Positions 57,800-64,000 of a stretch of 64,000 nucleotides of DNA are shown here, one piece after another; within the stretch, counting starts at the first letter, position 1, and every line of letters starts with the position of its first letter. The stretch is from positions 2,955-66,954 of IMG/VR virus record IMGVR_UViG_3300034110_000188; one strand, written 5' to 3'. The position numbers and the translations under genes were made by a program. The notes beneath the pieces are model-generated. The model worked only from the letters and a program-made list of their open reading frames with translations, was not told the DNA's origin and made no database searches. The DNA comes from a virus.

Positions 57800-58051
57800 C
57801 AAAATGTTGCTTCATGTTTAGTTTATTTAATACCAACATCGCTGAAGGTATTGATATTACTGGTACTCATACTAAATAATGTTAAGATGTTGAAAAAAGT
57901 TGCTCTATACAACTATATAGAATTATACTATACTATACTTTTCTATGAGAGAGTATTTATAATATTTCTTAACATAGTAACATTTTAGTATATAAATATA
58001 CTGATAATTAGTCAGTTACGCAATGTTGTGTTATATTTTTCTCAACATTTT
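57800..58051. other. candidate replication origin (AT-rich, nested ATGTT/AACAT inverted repeats)
   Basis: AAAATGTTG 57801 pairs with CAACATTTT 58043; ATGTTAAGA 57879 pairs with TCTTAACAT 57967; mostly non-coding. Confidence 0.4.
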
Positions 58052-58601
58052 CCAGCACTAATCGTAGTTCTTCAACATACTTTAGCACCAATTTGTCCTT
58101 AATTGACAGCATGTTACTGATTAGTTTCTCTGCGTGAATGACCGTCGCATGGTTGCGATTGAACAGTTCAGCTATCTCTCTGAGCGTCATATGGTGTTTG
58201 TTTCTGAGATAATGCATGATGATCTGTCGCTTCATTGTTGACTCTCGATACCTTGACTGAGTAATATAAGGTGCGATAATTTCCTCTAACGCTGTCTTAC
58301 ATTCCATTGGTGTATTGAGGTTCATGCTTATGTATTCTGCCATGGACTCAGCTACAGATTTGTAACGTTTCATCTTGTCAGAGGCAACCTTTCGAGTCAG
58401 TGTTGACACTGCGGTTTCTTTGATGCTGAATGCCTTTGCTATGTCACGTATACTGAAGCCAAGTTTAACACAGTGATACACAGCGTAGCTTCTTTGAGCT
58501 CCGTGGTAGTGTGGGTTTGGCTTCGGATACCTTTCATTGATTACATCAGCAAATTCATTAAGACTTATTCCCCTGTTGTATATCCACGATTTCCAACTCA
58601 T
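58008..58601 (-). CDS. DnaA domain IV-like (Bac_DnaA_C) double-HTH protein
   Basis: SR.RE....RQIIMHYLR....TL.EIA..F.RNHATVIHA; N-terminal SIRDIAKAF HTH. Confidence 0.7.
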   Translation of the reverse strand: MSWKSWIYNRGISLNEFADVINERYPKPNPHYHGAQRSYAVYHCVKLGFSIRDIAKAFSIKETAVSTLTRKVASDKMKRYKSVAESMAEYISMNLNTPMECKTALEEIIAPYITQSRYRESTMKRQIIMHYLRNKHHMTLREIAELFNRNHATVIHAEKLISNMLSIKDKLVLKYVEELRLVLENVEKNITQHCVTD

Positions 58602-58809
58602 ACTTATTAATTTTAATTTCTAATCCAATTAAGTCAAGTAGACCATCTACTGACACTACGTCAATCAATCGAGACCTAAACAATATTTGATCTGACTGAG
58701 ACTTGTTAAGGTTAAACTTTCTGTAGAACTGGTCAGCATTGTAACCCTTCATCAGCATGTTTATTTTCAACATTGCGTTGAATTGCGGTGTGCGTTTTGC
58801 TTTTATCAT
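58558..58809 (-). CDS. small HTH-like hypothetical protein
   Basis: 83-aa ORF with coupled overlap. Confidence 0.45.
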   Translation of the reverse strand: MIKAKRTPQFNAMLKINMLMKGYNADQFYRKFNLNKSQSDQILFRSRLIDVVSVDGLLDLIGLEIKINKYELEIVDIQQGNKS

Positions 58810-58972
58810 TTTATTTCATAATTAAATGGTTCGTAAATTCCACTAACCGACTGATTGTCCTCTGTTAGTGTTCTCAATTGTTTCTTTTGTTTCTTTGGTG
58901 TTAGTACGTGGAATAGCACAACAAATACCATTAGCACCAACATGAAACGTGTTTCATTCTTCCTCTTCTTCA
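58806..58972 (-). CDS. small membrane protein
   Basis: MKKRKNETRFMLVLMVFVVLFHVL; start uncertain. Confidence 0.45.
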
Positions 58973-59100
58973 TATCCAGTTCCATTACATTCTTCACACA
59001 TAATCTCATCGTAACATCCGCCACAGCATTCGTTACTCCAATTGGTACAGCTTAATCTTTCGATACATCCCGTGCCCTCACATGTCTCGCATTCTTTCAT
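58954..59100 (-). CDS. DnaJ-type zinc-finger micro-protein (48 aa)
   Basis: Manual translation MKECETCEGTGC...CCGGC...CEECNGTGYEEEEE*. Confidence 0.65.
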   Translation of the reverse strand: MKECETCEGTGCIERLSCTNWSNECCGGCYDEIMCEECNGTGYEEEEE

Positions 59101-59375
59101 ATCTCAGTTGCTTCTTTGATTAGTTGTTCTGCATTTCTTCTAACATTTGGAGTAATCATTTCATTCCTAGAAATATTTTGTAACATCTCCAACATTTCGG
59201 GTGCTTTTGAAATTAGTAATGCGTTTGCTTTTCCATTAATATCTTTGTATGAAGATTTTGAATACACCCAAGCAACGCAATCTTGATTAACTGAATTGAT
59301 TGCAATATCTAAATGACTATCAACTTCATCAGTTATTAATACTTCCCACTTTCCTTTTGTTCCTCTGAATTCCAT
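59097..59375 (-). CDS. hypothetical protein (ANA.LI..APE.LE family)
   Basis: MEFRGTKGKW...ANALLISKAPEMLEML. Confidence 0.7.
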   Translation of the reverse strand: MEFRGTKGKWEVLITDEVDSHLDIAINSVNQDCVAWVYSKSSYKDINGKANALLISKAPEMLEMLQNISRNEMITPNVRRNAEQLIKEATEI

Positions 59376-59377
59376 GA

Positions 59378-59698
59378 TTACTTAGATAAAATATATATTG
59401 GTTCAACACCAGGATACGCTATGTAGAATCGCTCAAGTGCGTCCATCATATCCGTTCCCTTTACATTAACTCCCGTACTCTCGGTACTGCTTGTCATCCA
59501 CGTTACGTGAAACTCTTTGTTCTCTTCGTCAAGTACCTTGAGGTACAAATCGTTCCATAATTCCTCGTCGTCTGACCAACTGAATGAGCGTAAAGCGTAT
59601 GAAAGTTTCTTTACGTGTAGTTCGCTACTACCTAATCGTAGTGCGTTTGTTCTGTACGGCTCTTCTAATTGTGATAGCCACTCTGTAATTGTTTTCAT
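59378..59698 (-). CDS. hypothetical protein
   Basis: 106-aa ORF in the early gene chain. Confidence 0.6.
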   Translation of the reverse strand: MKTITEWLSQLEEPYRTNALRLGSSELHVKKLSYALRSFSWSDDEELWNDLYLKVLDEENKEFHVTWMTSSTESTGVNVKGTDMMDALERFYIAYPGVEPIYILSK

Positions 59699-59699
59699 A

Positions 59700-59903
59700 T
59701 TAATTTAGAATTACGTCCTCGTACACCCATGTAGTGTACGCAGGACAATTTAACTTTATAATTTTTGTTACCTCGTAACGTTTGATGCACATGTCGACCA
59801 TGTAGTCATCTAACTCTATTAGAAGCTCTCTGACGTTGAATGCTTCTATTTCAAGTACCCAGAACTCATGTCTCGCTTTGACTCCAACTTTGTAAACGTT
59901 CAT
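59700..59903 (-). CDS. hypothetical protein
   Basis: ORF in the early gene chain. Confidence 0.5.
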   Translation of the reverse strand: MNVYKVGVKARHEFWVLEIEAFNVRELLIELDDYMVDMCIKRYEVTKIIKLNCPAYTTWVYEDVILN

Positions 59904-60081
59904 AATCTTGCTTTGTTATTTCAATGTAAAAAGTACCAACTAAGTTATCCATTAGTTCGTCAATAGAAGAACCATGATGGTGAACATATAGCTTAAACTC
60001 AAACGACCTAACGAAGTCGTCGAAGTCTAGCTCATTGAATAGGTCTGCGTCATCGCTGAATATAAAGTGCCGTGATTTCAT
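59866..60081 (-). CDS. hypothetical acidic protein
   Basis: ORF in the early gene chain. Confidence 0.5.
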   Translation of the reverse strand: MKSRHFIFSDDADLFNELDFDDFVRSFEFKLYVHHHGSSIDELMDNLVGTFYIEITKQDYERLQSWSQSET

Positions 60082-60232
60082 AAGTCTTTAATTTCCATTA
60101 GTATTTCTTCCTCAGACATCTCGTGGTCTAAGTCAATTGATAAATTCATTAGCACCGTATCCATGTCCTCGTACATTGCTAACTTTAAGTTAGGTACATT
60201 AATGTACCGTTCCTTTACTGCCTTGATTACTT

Positions 60233-60454
60233 TCATATCGTTATTAATTTTATTTCTAATAATCTTATGGATGCATTCGGATACGTTGATACTAATTCAT
60301 TGTACAACATCTCATTGTCATACTCTTCACCACCGTTTCGTTCAGCTACTACTATAGGTAGTATTACATCAATGACTTGTTGTTCAGTCAAGTCTGTCTC
60401 AAGCATGAAGTTTTCCTCGCTCCATGCTGTTGTGTTGATTTCAAATTTGTTCAT
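60233..60454 (-). CDS. hypothetical acidic protein
   Basis: INTTAWSEENF.L.T.L; ATGA coupling at its 3' end. Confidence 0.6.
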   Translation of the reverse strand: MNKFEINTTAWSEENFMLETDLTEQQVIDVILPIVVAERNGGEEYDNEMLYNELVSTYPNASIRLLEIKLITI

Positions 60455-60580
60455 AGCTTATAATTTTATTTGTTTTACTAATTAAATTGATGTAGTTATC
60501 CAAGTGTCGCTGGTCCGCGAACTGTTTCGTAACTACTTTGTGGTCACCTTTCGGTGTCTTATAACTTATCGTTGCTTTCA

Positions 60581-61282
60581 TTAATGATTTAAAATGTAAA
60601 TACTTTTCTTTCCTTTGCCTTCTGTACCGCTACACAAACCGCACTTGCTACAGCTTGACTTATATCCCGATTCTTTACTTGCAGGACAATTAACAACCTC
60701 GCCTATCGGTGTAGGTGTAGCAATGTAACTTCTGTACCCTTGTTCCTTAGCTACGTTCGACTCATCTAACGTGTGCGTTGATGCCATGAAGTACTTGCCT
60801 AGGACATCGCTTCGTTTCCATTGGTGTGTGTATCCCGTCCAATTGTCAGCTACGTCGACCATTGCCTCGATCAGTTCAATTGGATGCAGTGACGGTTCAC
60901 CGTACGTACCGAACCGAATGAATTTACCTTGAGCAATTTCACGAGCAATGATGGTGAACGATGCTTCATAGTTAGGCACATCGTCCCACGTTGCGTACTG
61001 TTTCGCTACACGTTTCAACATTGATATGAAACCCACGTATTGGTTGAACTTATGCGTGTAACATTTGCCGAATGAATTGAATGGACAATCTAAGCAATTG
61101 CTATCAGCTGCATTAAAGAACGACCTCATGTTACGTTCATCGTTGTTAGCTATCATCTCGAATTGTTTGCGACTAAACGTGTACGTCTGTACAATCGGTC
61201 GCTTACTGTTGGCTTCAATCTTATCGTTTGAAGTAACCCCCAAGCGTATCACTTGGAGGGTATCGTCTATCTTAAATATCAT
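60581..61282 (-). CDS. Cys-rich putative Fe-S (radical-SAM-like) early protein
   Basis: CLDCP....CY, IRFGTYGEP, WTGYTH, CPA...C..C.LC. Confidence 0.6.
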   Translation of the reverse strand: MIFKIDDTLQVIRLGVTSNDKIEANSKRPIVQTYTFSRKQFEMIANNDERNMRSFFNAADSNCLDCPFNSFGKCYTHKFNQYVGFISMLKRVAKQYATWDDVPNYEASFTIIAREIAQGKFIRFGTYGEPSLHPIELIEAMVDVADNWTGYTHQWKRSDVLGKYFMASTHTLDESNVAKEQGYRSYIATPTPIGEVVNCPASKESGYKSSCSKCGLCSGTEGKGKKSIYILNH

Positions 61283-62067
61283 ATGCTATTGATTTCTTTA
61301 ATACTAATGTTGTGACATCCTATAGTCACATACTTATCTGTTACTGAATTAACTCTGTATCCTAATACCTCACGCCCTAAATTAGGTAGCATTGATTTGT
61401 ATCTACGGTACACATCAATAGGTAGCTTGATACCTCGCGATGTAGTAACCGTCTCTCCGTCGCTACGTAGGTACGTATCCTTAGTGTGACCTTTCAGCCA
61501 TAGGTCATTGGTCTCGAAGTTACGCCACTTAGCTAATCGTTCTGCATTCTCTTTCTTATCCGCATCAGCCTTAGCCTTGTTAATAGCTTTCAACTCGTCC
61601 GCCTTTACTCCGAAGTCCATCGTTGCATAGTGCGACAGTCTGTTATCTTTACCGAAGTAGTCACAATAGTCTTGTGCTTGTGCTACTAATCTTAGTATTT
61701 CATTGACATACATAGCAGGTTTCTTTGCTCGTGACATCTTATCCAATTGCGTATTGATATCAACGTCCCATTGGTTCATGCTACTTTCATTGTATTGAAT
61801 ACTCGGGTCAGAGCATCGTATAATCTTTGCCCCAGTTGGTATCGACCACAATACTTTACCTATGTGTTTACTCGTAGTATTACTGTATCCGCGTGTAGTT
61901 AATAGATACACATTATCGTCCATTCTAACTGCTATCGGGAAATGATATCCGTAGCTATAAATTGTTCTACCATTAAAGAAGAAACTATTTTGAGGGTTAC
62001 GTCCTTCTTCTTGTGTGCCATACGCCCATACGTGTGGCAATTCGTTATTTGAGAATACTTTTTTCAT
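61279..62067 (-). CDS. conserved early phage protein
   Basis: IYSYGYHFPIA...YS.TT.KH...IGCH. Confidence 0.65.
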   Translation of the reverse strand: MKKVFSNNELPHVWAYGTQEEGRNPQNSFFFNGRTIYSYGYHFPIAVRMDDNVYLLTTRGYSNTTSKHIGKVLWSIPTGAKIIRCSDPSIQYNESSMNQWDVDINTQLDKMSRAKKPAMYVNEILRLVAQAQDYCDYFGKDNRLSHYATMDFGVKADELKAINKAKADADKKENAERLAKWRNFETNDLWLKGHTKDTYLRSDGETVTTSRGIKLPIDVYRRYKSMLPNLGREVLGYRVNSVTDKYVTIGCHNISIKEINSI

Positions 62068-62384
62068 ATCTGTTCTAATTTATATACATTAATACTTGCA
62101 TGCATTGAGTACAATTGCATCTTGCCTTGCTTCCATTGTTCAATTTCCTTTTCGTTTGCTTCGCAACAGTCTTCGTCTACTGTCCATGAGTACCATCGAT
62201 TTCCGTCATCTTCAAGTAAGAAGTTGACATCGTATGACAAACCGACTTGTTCGAAGTGTTGTTGCAGTGCCGATTCAATAGCATCGTGCTTTGATTCCCA
62301 TGCCCATTGATTGACATGCTTTCCTTCGCCTTCGTTGTAGTCGTCCTCGAATACATCGAAGTATGTTTTGATTAAGTAGCTCAT
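62064..62384 (-). CDS. hypothetical early protein
   Basis: 106-aa ORF, ATGA coupling. Confidence 0.6.
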   Translation of the reverse strand: MSYLIKTYFDVFEDDYNEGEGKHVNQWAWESKHDAIESALQQHFEQVGLSYDVNFLLEDDGNRWYSWTVDEDCCEANEKEIEQWKQGKMQLYSMHASINVYKLEQI

Positions 62385-62599
62385 ATCTCACAAATTCTAA
62401 GTCCGTATTCTGTTTGTACTAAGCATAAATTTTCGTTAACTTCTGTAATAACATACTCCAATTCTTCAATTGAATAATCGAATAACGTCACTCCGAAGTG
62501 TTCGCTTGCATAGTTTTGTACTTCTACTACCGTGTCCATCTTTGGTGTACCTACAATAGTAGAATATTCCTCTATTGATAATATCTCTATTCGTTTCAT
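62381..62599 (-). CDS. hypothetical early protein
   Basis: 72-aa acidic ORF, ATGA coupling. Confidence 0.55.
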   Translation of the reverse strand: MKRIEILSIEEYSTIVGTPKMDTVVEVQNYASEHFGVTLFDYSIEELEYVITEVNENLCLVQTEYGLRICEI

Positions 62600-62955
62600 A
62601 GCTCAGCTTTAAAATTACAACTACCTTCTTCTTTGATACAGTCACGTATCTTAATACCCAACTCTAGATCAGCGTACTCGCTTAAGTCATGTCTATCGAT
62701 ACCTATTTCTTCCAATTGGTCGTCTGAATATGACACCCTATCCTCATTGAAGAAGTCATTTAACTTTTGTAGCTTATCGCCCAGTGCATCTTCGATACGT
62801 TTGATTTCATCTTCAACGCCTTGCAAATCTTCTTCGCAATAGCAATACTCAATATAATTTGCGTAACCTTTCGACCCAAAACGGTCAGCTGCATCACTTG
62901 ATTGAACGGCAAACCAAAACTTGCCTTCAATGTCTCCGTCATAATATCGTCCCAT
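62596..62955 (-). CDS. conserved acidic phage protein
   Basis: MGRYYDGDIEGKFWFAVQSSDAADRFG...LG.KI..C....G.C.F.AEL. Confidence 0.7.
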   Translation of the reverse strand: MGRYYDGDIEGKFWFAVQSSDAADRFGSKGYANYIEYCYCEEDLQGVEDEIKRIEDALGDKLQKLNDFFNEDRVSYSDDQLEEIGIDRHDLSEYADLELGIKIRDCIKEEGSCNFKAEL

Positions 62956-62957
62956 AA

Positions 62958-63122
62958 TTATACTCTTCGCGTATGGTATTTGCACCCATTTAGATTAAAC
63001 ACTCGATTCATTCTCTTAACTCTTTGACACTTCTTGTAGTGTTTCTTATAATTGTAGCCACTTGGTGGCGTTGCCATTGATACGTTCGCGATCAATAACA
63101 TTAATACTAAAATTGATTTCAT
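62958..63122 (-). CDS. secreted basic peptide
   Basis: Signal peptide MKSILVLMLLIANVSMA followed by a Lys/Arg-rich mature part. Confidence 0.5.
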   Translation of the reverse strand: MKSILVLMLLIANVSMATPPSGYNYKKHYKKCQRVKRMNRVFNLNGCKYHTRRV

Positions 63123-63184
63123 TTGATTTGATTTTAATGGGGCGACCATATTGCCACCCCTTGTTAACAATTAAAACTTCTTTG

Positions 63185-63505
63185 TTATCTATAAATTCCA
63201 CTTAATACGAATGCAGCCAGTGCCACGACCGCCACAATTATCATTTCAATACGTTCTCTTTTCATCTTATTTAACTTTAAAAATTATTAATAATAATACT
63301 ATAATCGCCATAGTATATGCGTAAAGTACGCCAATTGATGCCTGTCTTTTCATCTTAGTTTGATTGAAATTATTGATACTATTGCACCAAGCATACTTAG
63401 TGCAAATAACCCCGCGTAAATACGCCCTAAATTAACGCTACTCGTTAACATTACTAATAAGCATAACATTGCTAATAGTAAAAAAATTAATGTGATTGTT
63501 CTCAT
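63185..63505 (-). CDS. three tandem hydrophobic micropeptide ORFs (63350-63505, 63267-63353, 63185-63265)
   Basis: Manual translations of 51, 28 and 26 aa; each TM-like; tightly coupled. Confidence 0.45.
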
Positions 63506-63775
63506 CTTTGTTAGTTTTAGCAAGTGTATGCCGATTCGGACGGCGTTTCAATACCATATTTTTACACTTGTTTGCATACCACGTGAAACTGTATGCCCTC
63601 TTTTATTCCGTTACATTGCTCACCCTTTGAATGTACGTTTTGACAATTGCCATTTGAGAATGTACAATATGCCCTACCTTCGGAGAGTCTTTATACTTAC
63701 TCCAGTAGACTGCGTATGACTTACCGCGTTAATTTATAGTCTTATCAATACGTCAATGACCTTCCTTCAAATAGC

Positions 63776-63840
63776 CCATTAGATGCAACTATTTAAACGT
63801 TCGTAATTTTTTAACCTTTGCCCAGTCCATTAGATGCAAC
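63776..63840. repeat. 14-bp direct repeat CCATTAGATGCAAC, two copies
   Basis: 63776-63789 and 63827-63840. Confidence 0.85.
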
Positions 63841-63904
63841 CGTACAAATATTATTTATTGTATTACGTTCTTGGTTAATAAAGGCAACCAAGCAAAAAAC
63901 TATT

Positions 63905-63953
63905 GAGGCGTCCCTTGAATCGAACAAGGGACAAAAGTCAACCGTTGACGCCT
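63905..63953 (-). ncRNA. tRNA-like minihelix RNA (acceptor stem plus T-arm)
   Basis: AGGCGTC-17 nt-CCTTG TTCGATT CAAGG-GACGCCT-C. Confidence 0.55.
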
Positions 63954-64000
63954 TATTTATTGTTTAATATCTTTGCCACTGCTTGAATGACGCTATATTT

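Noticed and set aside
57737-57988. 83-aa + strand ORF
   Set aside because: GTG start, opposite to local gene orientation and low complexity; the region reads better as regulatory or origin DNA.
63492-63719. 75-aa + strand ORF
   Set aside because: GTG start, antisense to the local operon, and overlaps predicted RNA helices.
63905-63953. Canonical tRNA gene or attP site
   Set aside because: It lacks D and anticodon arms, and no integrase is seen in the window; reported instead as a tRNA-like element.
1-64000. Alternative genetic code (stop-codon reassignment)
   Set aside because: Core genes are long and uninterrupted in the standard code, and TAA, TAG and TGA all serve as stops.

Overview
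This window is most of a tailed dsDNA phage genome, probably short-tailed (podovirus-like). The host is probably a Bacteroidetes/Flavobacteriia member, because TAnnTTTG -7 promoter boxes recur before many genes. From recall only, the gene set resembles Cellulophaga phi38:1-like phages. The + strand arm (1-46008) carries groEL/groES, fibre and lectin-like genes, a lysis cassette with a GH19 endolysin, terminase, portal, scaffold, major capsid protein, tail/stabilisation proteins, ejection proteins and a 3110-aa polyvalent protein. The - strand arm (46005-63505) carries a phosphoesterase, VRR-NUC nuclease, PAPS-reductase-like protein, SF2 helicase, primase-helicase, exonuclease/SSB and many small early genes. 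No DNA or RNA polymerase, integrase, reverse transcriptase, canonical tRNA or CRISPR was recognised. Three signals stand out. First, an AT-rich array of micro-gene cassettes at 53.55-54.57 kb, where every junction is one of two exact 18-19-bp repeats carrying the stop and start codons. Second, a 49-nt tRNA-like minihelix (acceptor stem plus T-arm only) beside a structured non-coding tract at 63.5-63.95 kb. Third, several promoters only 4-5 nt from the ATG, suggesting leaderless mRNAs. All product calls come from motif recognition; no searches were run.
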